A stretch of 64,000 nucleotides of DNA. Source: Microthyrium microscopicum. Taxonomy: Eukaryota. Position 1 is the first letter of the stretch. Every line of letters starts with the position of its first letter. Positions 26,757 to 40,872 of the stretch are shown in pieces. The DNA lies in the NCBI GenBank assembly GCA_010405405.1, contig MU004233.1:1563122-1627121 (forward strand), given 5' to 3'. The translations under genes were made by a program, and so were the position numbers. A model generated the notes under the pieces. It saw only the letters and a program-made list of their open reading frames with translations, had not been told where the DNA came from and did not search any database.

Positions 26757-27024
26757 TGTTAGGAACTAGGACACCTCTAGTTTAAGATAACTACTAATAG
26801 GATACGTCTACGTAGGATGAAGCGTTATTAGTTAGGTTAACTAATAATAACTTATTATAAATATAGATAGCTTAGCAGAGTCTTTATAGCTCTAAGTAAT
26901 AAAGAAGAGGAATTATAGGGGTCTAAGTAACTCCCTAGTAATTACTCTCATCCCTATTTTTATGTATCTACTTAAATCATAATAATTATAGTCTTTACCT
27001 ACTTAGAACGACCTATTTCTAATA
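26757..27024 (+). repeat. 5' LTR of element 2
   Basis: Direct repeat of 42985-43252. Confidence 0.92.
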
Positions 27025-30000
27025 TAGTAATTACTTCCTAACCCTTAAATACCTAAAGAAATTATTTTTATCTTTTATCTAATTAGAAATTATGTCTAAT
27101 AGTAGATATTTAGACCTTAGCGCCCAAATAAGACTTAGGTAGCCTTAACTATTAGGCTAAGGGTTACTAGCACTTATTATGCCCTAAACTAATATATTTA
27201 GAGGTCTATTAGACCTATCTAATATTAAACTAGCTAACTCTAACCTACCTAGGCCTAGGGAGACCTAAAATAACTTTATAATACACTATAAGAAAAAACT
27301 TAACGCGCTTATTAATAAAAAGAAGCTAGAGCTTAAGGTATAAAAGCTAATAGCAAAAGCTAGAGCAATTTAGTTTAGTAAGCTTAAAACTATTTAAGAG
27401 TTAGAGAACTTTAGCTAAGTTAATATAATAAGACCTAATTAGCATCTTTTAAGCTAAGCTCTTGCCCTCTTAGAACCTTTAAACTAAGATAGGCCTAAGA
27501 TAGAGCTTTATAAGGGAAAGAGTCTTTAAGAATATATATCTTAGGTTAATAACGTTAAATAAAAGTTCGTTAAACCCTTTTATTAGGAGAGTATTTATAA
27601 CTAGCAACTTTACTAGTATATTTATAGACGCAATTAGCTTAAGAAAGAGCTATTATAAATAGGATTAGATAATCTTATCCTCTATAAGGAGTCCTAAGAC
27701 TTAGGATTCTAAAAGATATAGTAAGTAGTCTAAGACTATGCGCTAGGCTATCTAAGCTACTCTATAAAGTAAGAATATATTACTTTTAAGAAGTTCTAAA
27801 CGATTAAATTAGGTTAATACTGCCCTTAAGAGCTCTATAATAACCTCCTTAAGTTATAGAAGGAATAAGGATATAACGACTAGAAAGGTTGCCTCTTTTA
27901 GTTCTATAGGGGCCTCCTTAAGAATATATAGAAGAAGATTCTCTTTAATAAGAAGTTTACTACCGCTATAGTTAAAGAGGCCCTTAAAAAGGCTAACTTA
28001 TACTAGACTTCTAGTTCTATAGAGGCTAAGGCCTATTTTACTCCTAAAAAGGCAAACCTAAGATAATCTTTCCTAAAATAATGCTTATACTCCTTAGAAG
28101 ATAAGTATAAGTATAAGAAGGGCTTAAAAGAGCTAAGAATACCTAGAAAGTCTTTCTACTCTTTAAAAGATAATAAAGTAGAATAAGCTATGCCTAAGAT
28201 AACTTAGAATATAGATATTTTACTAGAGTCTAACCTAAAAAAGGTTAAATGCTTTAAATATAGTAGACTTTACTTTAAAACAAAATACCCTAAGCTATAA
28301 GGGAAAAATAAGGCTATAAAGTTATAAACTAGGACTTAGTAGCCTCTCTTATTAATAAGACAATCTAGCCTAGCGCTAAATAGCTTTATAAGACTATTAT
28401 TACGTACGTCCTAGAGACGTTAAGGGCTAAGAATAATAACTTACCTAGCAAGGTAGACTTTATAAGACTAAAGTTAAAGCAAATATGCCTATAAGGGAGT
28501 CTAAGGAACAATAAGGGCTAAGAGGCCCTATCTCTAGATATTATAGTTAATTATAGGTTATGCTTTAACGTTATAGATATTAAGCTAGCTAAAAGACTTT
28601 AGCTCTATATTACTCCCCTCTTTAAGATACTTATAACGTATCTAGATAGTACTCCTATGTAAATTTATAGAGTTATAGAAGCTATAGTAATAGTAATTAA
28701 CTTAAATAGCCTCCCTAAGACTAGGATAGAATTATTTTATATTATAAACTCTCTACATTGCCCTATTATTATAGGAATACTCTAGTTAGAAGAGTAGAAT
28801 CCTTTTCTAGACTTTAAGAATAAGACCCTTACATAAAAGTAACCTTTTAGTAGCTTCTATAGTAAAATAGAGACTATAAATGCTAATAAGTTCTCTAAGT
28901 TAGCTTAGGATAGTTTATCCTAACTATTTAATTATTTAGTTAGGTTACTAGACCTAAATTTATTTATAGAAGAGCTCTTAAGTAAGTATTTATAGTTCGC
29001 TAAAGCCTTTAGTAAATAAGATACGCTTAAACTAGCTTAATATAGTTTATAAGACCTTAAGATTAACTTAGAGCTAAGTGCTATAGTACTATATAAACCT
29101 ATTTATAGCCTCTTAGAGGCTAAGTTAGTTATTCTACGTAAGTACTTAGATACTTACCTTACAAGAGATTAAATCTAGAAGTTAAGATCTCTTACTAGAG
29201 CTCCTATCCTCTTTATAAAGAAGAAAGATAGGATATTATAACTCTATATAGACTACTAAGGCCTAAATAATATTACTATTAAGGATTAGTATATATTGCC
29301 TCTTATTAAGAAGTCTTTAAATAGACTTTAAGGCGCTAAGTTCTTTACTAGCCTTAATTTACGTAAAGCTTACTACTATTTATACATTAAAGATAGTAAT
29401 AAGTAGAAGACTACATTTAAGACTAAATATAGGACATTTAAGTATATAGTAGTCCTATTTAGACTTATGAATACTCTTACAGCCTTCTAAGCGTATATTA
29501 ACTAAGTATTAAGAGGCTTAATAGATATAATATATATTGTTTACCTTAATAATATCCTTATTTACTCTAAAACTAAGAAGTAATATATTAAAAACGTCTA
29601 AGAAGTCCTATAGTAACTTATAGAGTACTATTTATACGCAAAACTATTTAAGTATAAGTTTTATACTAGTAGTATAAAGTATTTAGGTTACGTTATAACC
29701 CTAAATAGTATTACTATAGATTAGTTATAAGTTAATACGTACCTAGATTAGCTAAAACTATATAACGTATACTAAGTAAGGGAATTTATTAGCTTTATAA
29801 ACTACTATCGTTAGTTTATTACTAGATTCTCCTATATTGCTATACTACTAAACGCCTTAACCTAGAAAGAACTAGGTTAGGCCCTAAAAGGCCTAAAGCT
29901 ATAATAGGAGGAGTCTATAGATATTAAATTACTACTAGACGCCTTAGATTCTTTTAATAAACTAAAAGATTCTTTTATAAACGTGTTAATTTTAGCTTAT

Positions 30001-32366
30001 TTTAACTCTACGCTTCCTATATAGTTAGAAACTAATACCTCTAAAAAGGTAATTTATAGGATATTAAGCTAAAGATAGCGTAATAAGGGCTAAGATAGCC
30101 TATAGAAACTTATTATATTCTATTCTTAGAAATTATCTCCGCTAGAGAGCTACTATAAAACTCTATAATAGGAGTTCTTAGCAATTATAGATTCCTTAAA
30201 AGTATTTAGAAAGTACTTATAAGGCTTACTAGACTAATTTTAGGTCTTAATAGACTATATGAACCTTAAATTGCTTAAAACGATACTAAAAATATTATCT
30301 ATATACGCAAGGTAAGTAGATTTGCTCTTAAAATATAATTTTAATATTAAGTACTACCTAAGTAAGATAAATTTAGCTAATAGACCCTTAAGACGTCTAG
30401 ACTACGTTAAAGAAGGCTAAAGAGAATAAAAAAAGACTATAGAAGCGTTACTTAACCTACTCTATAATAAGTTATAGCTTAATAACGCTTCTATAGCTAA
30501 AACTAACGCTATTAGACTTATAGACTTTATTATTATATACATTAGTATTAATACGTAGCATCCTACTATAAACTAACTTAAGAGGGGTTAAGATAAGCCT
30601 ACTAAGACCTAGAAGCATCTAAAAATAAGCTCTAGTAAGATTTTAGCTATTAATAAACTACCTCTAGCTAAGAATAACTTAGACGAAGCTAAATAGATAA
30701 GTAGAAATCTCGTTTTCGTTAAGGAAGAGTTATAAAAGAAGAAAATCCTATAAAGGTTCTATAATAATACTATAGAAGGTAATTATAGAGGGTTAAAGAA
30801 GATACTTAAGAAAATTAAGCGCTACTATACCTAGGATTATGTCTAGAAGGACGTTAAGGACTATTATAAGGCTTATTTTAACTACTAATATAATAAATCT
30901 ATTAAATAAGCTTAAAAAGGGTTGCTAATAGCCTTACTAGTCCTAGAAGCGCTATAAGAAGACATTACTATAAATTTTATTATAAATTTGCTCCTAAGTA
31001 TTTATAATAGTTAAATCTACAACTCTATTATAGTAGTTGTTAATAAATTAACTAAAATAGCCTACTATGTCCTAATAAGAAAGGACATAGACGTAAAAGA
31101 CCTTATTAAGATCTTCTTATAAGAGGTTATATACCTATATAGCGTACCTTATACTATTATATCTAATTAAGGACCTCTCTTTATTTCTAAGTACTAGAAA
31201 ATGTTCTTTTATTATCTTTCTATTCTTAGAAAGCTCTTAATAGTATTCTACCTATAGACTAATAATTAAATAGAGCGCTTAAACTAGGAGGTTAAGTACT
31301 ACTTATAAATTTATAGGTATTAAGAATAGGATAATTAGGCAAGATAGTTTAGTTTAGCTAAGTTTAACTATAATAATAGTATTTACTTATTAACTAGGGT
31401 TACTTCTTTTGTCGTATATACTAAAAGGAACCTCTATGCTCCTAAATTAGCTAAAACGCTATTAAAAAGTATTATACCTAACGCTAAAGGAATAGTAAAC
31501 TATATTCTATTCCTATAATGCGCAATAAGGGACAAATTAGCTAAAGTATAGCTATACTAGGCTAACTAGTATAATAAAGAGAAAAAGGACGTTTATTTAA
31601 ATGTTAGTAACTAAGTCCTACTTAATATAAAGAACATTTAAACTACTTATATTAAGAAGAAGCTTAATATTAAGTATATAGGTCTCTTTAAGATCGTAAA
31701 GGTTATAAACGCTAATACTTACTAGCTTAACTTCCTAAAGAACGTACAAGTCTATAATGTATTCTATATTTCTCTATTAGAGCTATATAAGCTAAACCTC
31801 TACTTTCTATAGAAGTCTATATTACTATAGAATTCTTTAAACCTAGAAGACCTAGATATATATAATATAGAGAGGATAATAAAGCATATAGTAGATAAAA
31901 GGGGTAAATACTACTACCTTATAAAATAGAAAGGTTACTTAGAGTCTAAATTAACCTAGGAGCTTATAGCTAACCTTTCTTTAACTACTTTTAAGCGCTA
32001 TTACGTAAAGTTAGCTAAGAAGGGTATTATACTAGTAATAAGTATAATTAGAGAAGTAATTAAATATAAAATAACGCATTTAGACGATGTTATAGATAGA
32101 TTAACGAATCTTAACCCTATAAGACTAAAAAGACAGCTAAGAAGGCTAAAGAAGACCTAAAAGACTTAAGATGAGCTTTTAAAGAAAAGGGATAGTTATT
32201 TCATAATTTTCTTACTAATTAGAACCTAAATTAACTTCCTTATACGTATATTATAATAAATTAACCTAAAGTAACTTAAAAATAGTACTAAATAATAAGC
32301 ATATAAGAAAACTGCTAAGTTATAAATATATAAAATAACTTAAAATAATACGTAAAATAAGTCTCT

Positions 32367-32428
32367 ATACGTATATAAGGGATACCTCTTTAAGAACCCT
32401 TTGTAACGCAAAATAGAGTTAAAATACG
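32367..32428 (+). repeat. 62-bp direct repeat, copy 1 (copy 2 at 42241-42302), bracketing the antisense gene
   Basis: ATAC(G/A)TATATAAGGGATACC(T/C)CTTTAAGAACCCTTT(G/T)TAACGCAAAA(TA/CG)GAGTTAAAAT(A/G)CG at both positions. Confidence 0.88.
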
Positions 32429-33159
32429 TATTAGAAAATATATAAAAGAATAAGTAATTTCTAACTAAGAGTTAAATTAGCTATATAATAGTTCTATAAG
32501 GGTATCTACTAATAAACCTATCCTTAGGAAGTCCTAAAAGGGTATCTACTAACTAATCTATTCTTAAAGGACGTAAAATAACTTAATATAATAAGAAATA
32601 ACCCTGCTTAGCTAATTAAGGCTAAGTATAGATAATATTAAATTCTAAAAGACTTAAAATAACCTATCTAACTCTATTTTAACTTAAAAAGAAGCTACCT
32701 AGCCTATCTTACGCTTTTTCGTAGCAAAACTTATAACCTTAACCTTAGAATAGTCCTCATTAGTATAACTATCCTTATAGAAGGCCTTAATAGCCTTTTT
32801 AATATAGCCCTTAACCTCTTAGCACTTAGAAGCGCTAAGATAGGCCTTATAGCGCTTAAGAAGTACTTAAGAGCTTATAAGGGTATTAGATAGAGCTCTT
32901 TTAATATTAATAAGTTACTATAGAATAGTTAGATACAAAGTAACCTACTATAGATATAAAAAGACTTACCTAAGATATATTAGGTTCCTAAGGATTAATA
33001 ATACGCATAAAGTCTATACGCTAGGAATATAGCGCATTATAGCGCTTAAAGTACTTAGAAGGATAGAATTAGACATTAGTAGCTAAGAGAGCTAGATAAG
33101 CTATAATACGCTTCTCTAATTCTAAAAGGCCGTTATCTACTAGCTTTTAGGTAGCTTTA

Positions 33160-33381
33160 TGTAAAGAGCTAATGGGCGCGACAGGCGAGCAGAAAGTAGC
33201 TAGTATTGTAGGATCTAAGTACGGAGAGAAGAGATCTAGGAATATAGCTATGAATGCAAAGATATAGGGCCTAGGGGATCCTTAGACATACTAACCCTAA
33301 ACGGGATAAAGAGATCTTATCTACAAGATTAGATCTCTATATCTAAATACTATAATACTAAACCTATAAGGATTCCTTATA
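33160..33381 (-). repeat. 3' LTR of element 3
   Basis: Direct repeat of 40651-40872, adjacent to the PPT complement. Confidence 0.92.
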
Positions 33382-36300
33382 TAACTCCCCTCCTCCAAAA
33401 CAGACCTTATGGGCTATATCCTAATCTAATCCGTTCTAGTCTAGTCTAGGCTAATCTAGGCTAGGCTAGGCTAGTCTATGTGAATACAAAACTCCTTTAT
33501 ATACATTACTACTAAGGGATATAGTAATATACTATCTACTTACCTTAGTACTATCTAAATCTATTTAACAAAGAAGAGGATGTCTATTTAAGCTAGTTCG
33601 TAGTATTCTATAATTCCTTTAGTAGCGTAAATTAAAAACTAAACTAGAGGTATAATGCTTTAGTAAAGATAAATAAATATAACGCTTTTTATGCTATATA
33701 ATCCTAATCTATAGGTAGTCTATTAGCATTATAATCTTCTTCTTTAACTTTATTTACTAGTAGGGACTAAGAAGGGTATAGACTAGGCTTCTAAGGATAA
33801 AGCCTATAGAATTCCAATATAGCATTAGGTACGTTAATAGCATCTTTTTAGGGCTGCTAAGTTTCATTATAAAATCCTATCTATTTAATCTTATATTTAA
33901 GTACTTTATTCTTGCCTTTACTATCTTATTTACTATTAATAATAGCATTAATAAGCTATTCCTCTTTACCTTCTTTTTTACTAATAACTACTAGGGGCAG
34001 GTTTAATTTCTATAATAGGTATACGTTATTATTAATTAGATATAGTAGCTAGGCGTAGAATACTAGGTATATCTTTATTAATTTAGGAAGATCTAATTTA
34101 TAGGTTACTCTATTAATTTTGCACAATACCTTAAAGAGATTAGCGCTTTTACTATTAAGTATTTTTAAAGGGTAAGTTATATTATAATTTTAAACATTAA
34201 GGCGTACCTAGTCCCTAAGATAAAGATCTAGTACTAGACGTTAATACTTATTAGCGTAGAGCTTTTATTAAGCCTAAGCCTAAACCAATTACTCTTTTAA
34301 GAACTTATAAAGCTTCTCTTAACTATCCTATACTTAATTAGTAGCAACGACTTCTTTACGCGTTATAATAAAAGCGTACAATACTTTGAGTAGTAAATAG
34401 TAAGTAGACTTAAGTCCTAATTTTAGTAGAAAACCGTTTTATACTTTAAAAGGTATAAAACTAGTAGTAGCACTTACGATAGAATTTACTATAAATTTAG
34501 TAAATAGTAATAGAGCTACCTAATTATCCTAATCCTAATTAATAAAGGATTTAAGATACTATTTTAAGGTAGTAATAGTTATTTCAATAATGCCATTAGA
34601 CTCTAGATACTATATAGTACTTAATCTCAATATAACGCCTATACGTTCGTATAGGCGACCCTAAAAGGTAGATATAAATTAAGTTCCTTAATCTAAAAGG
34701 ATAGAATCTAGCTAACCATATAGCTTCTATACTTAATTAATAAATGCTATAACTATTATTTCTAGTAAAAGACTTAGAAGGGTAATAAACTATCATAATC
34801 GCGTTAAATAATTAATAATAACTATAATATGTTAATAAACTATACCCTAGTAGGTATAGCGTAGCAGTAAGACAATAAAGTCTATAAAGATATTAGACTA
34901 AGCCTAATCTAGCAGAGAGAACAAGTAAAGGAGCCCTTACTTCTTTTAGTGTACTAGTTTTAAAAAGACGTAGTAATAACCTTTAATATATTTCTTAATA
35001 TATTCTAATATTCTTAGCTATTAATAATCTTATTAAAGGTAGTAGTAGGTTATTATAGTTTCTCTATAATCTATAACTTTATATTAATGCGCTTATTTTA
35101 TTATTTTATTCTATAAATACGTCGTTAGTATAAATAATTTTTATTAATAGAGGATAGTACTATTTAGTAGAGCTTTATAATTTATTAATTTAATTTAATC
35201 CTAATCTAGTATACTAAAAGATAGGAAGTAGTCTTTCTATGCCTTTGCTAGTTAGATCGCAATAAGTAACTTATCTCCCTTACTTACCTTTATTACTTCT
35301 TGCATAAACTGCTTTAAGTTAAAATCTAGAGATTTAGTATTAACTAGTAGCAAATTATCTAAACTAGCTAAAGCTCTATTCCTAAAGCTCCCTACAATAG
35401 GTTCTAAATTAGACTCTCCTACTATAGTAACATCTAGCTTATCTAACGCAAGCGTAGCTATTTGCATAAAGGACAAGGTAATAGAATTGATAAGGATTAT
35501 AGCTAGTTTAATAGCTTATTTAGTGCTAAATTAATATAAGAATAGGAGCAGTCAATGCTATTACTTAACCCATAGGTCTTTATTACTCTAGAGTACGTCT
35601 TATAATCTTTAAGTTAAAGCGTTAGCTTTGCTATTATCTTTACTAGGGTAATACTTAATTAAGAAGTAAAACTATAATAGGAATTTAGCTTAGCGCATTT
35701 AACAACGTATAAGCTTCTTAGTCTTTATAAAGGTTTAAAGATTTTGATAATCTAAGAATACCTTTATAATATCTTTAGTACTAAATAACTTAGGCTCCTA
35801 TTCCTTAAAAGCGTAGACAACAGCGAGTAGTTCCTTATTATAAATATTATAATTACATTCTACTAGTAATATCTTTTTAGAGAGGAAGGCAACTAGTCTT
35901 AGATCGCTATTTATATCTTTCTATAATAATATAGTAGCATAAGCCTAATCTAATGCGTCTATCTCTATCTAAGTTTCCTTAGTATAGTTAAAGTATTAAA
36001 GTATTAGCGTGCTAGTAAAGTCCACTTTTAGCTTCTTAAAAGCTTATTCTTTAGGCCTATTAGGATCCTAGAAGAATATAGCTAAAGTATCCTTCTAAGT
36101 AAGATTTATTAAGGGTGCTACTATAGTAAAGTAATTAAAGATAAACTATTAGTAGAAGTTAGTAAATCTAAGGAACGCCTAAACATCTTTAAGATAGCTT
36201 AGTCGTTCCTAGTTAACTACTATATTAATCTTTAAAAAGTCTATCTTAATGCCTTTTGTAGTAATAATTAGACTAAGGTATTTTACTTCTTAAATAGTAA

Positions 36301-39300
36301 ACTCTAACTTCTTAATATTAAAGAATAGGCCTACACGTTCTAATACGTCTAGTACTAAATATACGTAGGCGTTATGTTCTTCTAGTATCTTACTAAATAC
36401 TAGAATATTATCTAAATAAATAGTTACAAAATCGTCCAAAAATTACATTAGCACATAATTAATATACGCTTAGAATATCCCTAGTCCCCCTATAAGGCTA
36501 AAGGGTAGCACTTTAAACTTAAATAGGCTATAGTATATTAAGAATACTATTTTATATTTATCTCTAGGTTTAATATAGATACGTTTAAAGGTAGTAATAA
36601 CGTTAAACTTAGAGTAATACTTTACCTTTATAAGGCGTATAAGCATCTTACTAATAAGTAGTAGGACATTACTATTTTTAATAGTAATATTATTTAACTT
36701 ATAGTAATTAATATAGACGCAAATACTTTCTCCTAGCTTGCTTATACAAAGTATAGGTATAGTATATTAAGATTTTAAACTTATAGTAAAACTACGCTAA
36801 AGTAGACTCTTAATATATTATTTAATAACTAAGGCTTGTTTTAGCAATATTAATACAGGTTAGCATTTTAGAATTTTAGCATTAAGGATAAAGTCAATAG
36901 CGTAGTCATATTTACTATAGTAAGGCATAAGGATATCTAAACGCTTTAGATTAAAGACTTCAAAATATTAATAGAAACGTTCTAAGATAAGTTTTAAGAT
37001 CTCCTCTTTTAACAAATAAGGGCAATCTTACTTATCTTGCTATTTAAGATAATCTTCCTCTAATATAGTATATATAGCAAGGTTTATAGTAAATCTATTA
37101 TTATTATCTTTATTACTATTAGGAGGTTTCTTTTCTTTTTCGTTATTAAAATCTTTAGGCTAGAATATATTAACTATAGCGTCTTTACGCTTTATTAGTT
37201 TCTTAAACGCTACTATAGATATAAAAGTAATGTCTAATTCTTTAGGTAATTCTAAGTTTGTAGATCATCCTTTTAGGTCTATAATAATTAGGCGTTATAA
37301 TATAATATAATTTATAATATATCTTATACTATAGAAGGTTAATATTCTTAAACCTCTATGTAGATTAACTTTATATTAATCTAGCTAGGGTGCTCCTAGG
37401 ATTAGATTATAAGAGGCTACTTTTATAACGAAATAGCTAATCTGCTTAACGTAGTATTTAATACGTAGGTTAAGGATAGTAGCTTTATTAACTATAGATA
37501 CTAATTTACTATTAGTAAGTGTTACTAAGCGTGGATATACGAGTTAAAAAGTAGGAATATTATATTGCTAAAGATAATAAGGGTTAATAATTCCTATTGT
37601 ACTACTACTAGTATTAATTAAAATACTAGCGTTAGAGTAGGTTAAACGCTATAGTATAAATACTAAGCTAATAGTAGTCTATTATAATCTAATAATAGGA
37701 TCTTTCTTTTTAATATCCTAAAGTTATACTGCTAGTATAATAGAGGCTAGCAAGATATAGATAGTATATAAGTATACTAGTAAGACTCATTCCTTATAAA
37801 TAGTATCTTTATACTTAAGGCGCTAAATATATTAGTAAAGGTAGCTAAGTATTTTCTTAGTCTTCTCTTATGCCTTCTCTTTAATGTTTTTATAGTCTTC
37901 TTTAGCCTAATAGAATATTTCTTTAACTTTTTTAATATTTTAGTATTACTCTTTATTATATTAACAAAATATATCTTTTACGCGCTTAGTATTAGCGTTA
38001 AAAGTACGTTTCTTTCTTTTGTTATATACTTTAGTCTTATTTAGCTCCTCCTTATAGCTTAGCAAAGAAGCATCTAGTTTAAAGACTAATAATTATCCTC
38101 CTTAGTAGTATCCTTTATAGAGGGTTACTATTCTTTTTAAACTTTTATAAATATTATTACTAAAGGTACAATTAAGGCTTTAATCTTATTATTAGATAAG
38201 GGTTCCTAATCTTTACATAGTATAGTCTTATTAAAGTAGTAATAACCCTTTTATTTATAATAGATATAACGTTTATCTATTTTTAAGGCGTTAAAGACGT
38301 CTATAAGACAGTTAACGTTGCTAGTTTTGTTATTTTAGGCCCCTTTATTAGTAGACTAATTATTATTATAACTATAAGAGTTATTATTTATAGTAGCAGG
38401 CTTATAATTAATTTAGCGCGCTACTAAGTAAAGTTAAGCGCAAAATATAGCAAAACTACTAAAATGCTAGCCTATTAATAAGTCTATAAACTTATAATTA
38501 ATAAGATCTTATAATTTAATAATCTTTTTACGCTTAAATAGTTCTATATCTACTAAATTCGTTAAGAAGTAGCTAATAAAGGCTTAAAGACCTTCTATAT
38601 CTTTTATCTTAGCATCTAAGGACTTTAACTATGCCTTAGCATCTTTAAAAACATTCTTAGAGTAGTAATAGCTATCTAGGTCTACCTATATCTCTTCTAT
38701 AGTACTATAAGAGTCCTTTAACTTATAACCTTCGCGTATAACTATAATGCTATAGATAAGGCTAGTATAATAAACGTAAATAAACTTAATCTTCTTCTTT
38801 TTAGTAGAGACGTATAGATATATATTCTTATTAAGAAGTATATCTAATATTTTCTCCTTCTACTATTTATAGTATGTAGGTTTACCTTTAAAATTACTAG
38901 GTTCTTTAAACTTAGCAAGTATTACTAAGGAGGTACTATTAGCTACTAATAATAGTAAAATATAGCGTATTCCTTAGGCTTAAAGCTATAAGTATAAAAC
39001 TACTAGATGCGTTACTTATAGTATAGAACAACCTAAGAAGATATTATTCTCTAAATTATTTAAGTTAATATAGGCTTAGTTTAAATTCGTCTAAAGTCTA
39101 TCCTTAAGTTCTTAGACTTAGTAGTAAAGGTTAATAACTAACTTATAATATTATAGATTAATATTACGCTTCTTTACTAATTTAGTAAGAGCTACTTATT
39201 TATTTAAACAAGTAGTAGTTAGTGCTAACTTATAGTTATAGCGAATTTGGCTAGTAAGCGCTTTAAAATCTATTATTATCTACTAATAGATAGCTACCTC

Positions 39301-40650
39301 TTCCTATAGCACTTCTACTAATTTACCTAGTTAACTTACTTTTGTATTAGCGTCTATAAGTTCTCTTACTAGCTAATCTTAAAGTTTTTAAGTAAACTAA
39401 TAACGTAATGCTATAGTTTAATTAATTACCAACACGATATATAGTTATTTAAAGAATTAATCTTCTTCTATAAACTTAATATATTAGTCTAGATGCTTAC
39501 TATTAGACATTAATACATAATATTTCTAAAGAGTAGTAGAATCATTAGGATTGTCTTAAAGAACTACTAATATCTATTTCCCTACCTTTAGTCTAACTTC
39601 GTACAATACTTATATAAATAAAGGCTTCATGCTAGTAAGTAATATAACTTTACTATTAAGGTCTACTAGTTTTAGGAGCAGATAGAGTAGAAACGACATA
39701 GGAACGTTATGTAGTTCTTTTTTGCGTACTAGTAATTCTAGCTAGTAGTAGATATTAATAGGTAATCTTACTTTTAACGCGCCTTTATTTAGTAGACTAC
39801 TAATAACGACACTAGAGGTTATTACCTCTTTACCTTTTAATCCTAGCTCTTTTATTACGCTTGCTAGCGTAATAGGTATCATAGTTAATAGTCTAGTAAT
39901 AATCTTATAAGGTTATTAAATATTAATACTAACTTAAGTATTTTAACGAAGAAATTCTTCATCTTTATTATCTAAAGCTGCTTTAGGCAATAGAGGTAGC
40001 TTTTTAATAGATTTAACTACTAGGATGCTCTCTTACTATAGCATTAACGTGATAGTAGACTATTAATTAGTTCCTATATCTAGGGCGACTAGCTTCTTAA
40101 CGAAGCGGCCATCTCTACTACGGTAGGGTGAAACTAAGTAGCTTTAAATACTAACGCTACTACGCTTATAAGCAATATAAGAGTCACTTAATACTAGTTT
40201 AAGACTAGGAATAAGTAGCGCCTCACTTATAGTAATACGCAGCTAAATAATGCAGTGTTTTTTAATAAATTAGAACTAATTTAATAGATTTAATAAATAC
40301 GAATTAACAAGGAATAAGGTAAGTGTATTTTATAGTTAGTAGAAAGGAAGTAGTATAAACGCCTTTATGGATTTAAGAAGAATACTACGAGGCAAAGCTT
40401 AGGCCTCTAAGTAGTCTTTATTCTAGTAAATAATACTAAATTTGCGTTACTCTAGTTAGTATTTATAAATTTGCTAGCACCTTTAGCAACGCTAATCCTA
40501 ATTAAGGGTAGTGTCGCTAAATGCTAATTAGTTAGATCTATAGCATAACTATAGTAATTTAATAAGAATTATTAAACGCCTCTACGCGTTTATTAATAAT
40601 ACGCAAAATATACGCAGAGCGTAAAATTTAATATAGAGGTACTTAGATTA

Positions 40651-40872
40651 TATAAGGAGCTAATAGGCGCAATAGGTGAGTAGAAAGTAGCTAGTATTGT
40701 AGGATCTAAGTATAGAGAGAAGAGATCTAGGGATGTAGCTATAGATGCAAAGATATAGGGCTTAGGGGATCCTTAGATACATTAACCCTAAACGGGATAA
40801 AGAGATCTTATCTATAAGATTAGATCTCTACATCCAAACACTACAACACTAAACCTGTAAGGATTCCTTACA
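40651..40872 (-). repeat. 5' LTR of element 3
   Basis: Direct repeat of 33160-33381. Confidence 0.92.

Larger units (their letters stand above)
33160..40872 (-). mobile_element. Ty3/Gypsy LTR retrotransposon 3 (7713 bp), minus strand, innermost insertion
   Basis: 222-bp LTRs at 33160-33381 and 40651-40872. TSD CTTTA (33155-33159, 40873-40877). PPT complement CTCCCCTCCTCC next to the left LTR. Minus-strand RT, RNase H and integrase relics at ~33600-37700. Confidence 0.93.

Noticed and set aside
35252..35476. ORF-track ORFs inside AT-rich blocks (also 9843-10064, 48385-48594)
   Set aside because: These are residual or chance frames in RIPed transposon sequence, not independent genes.
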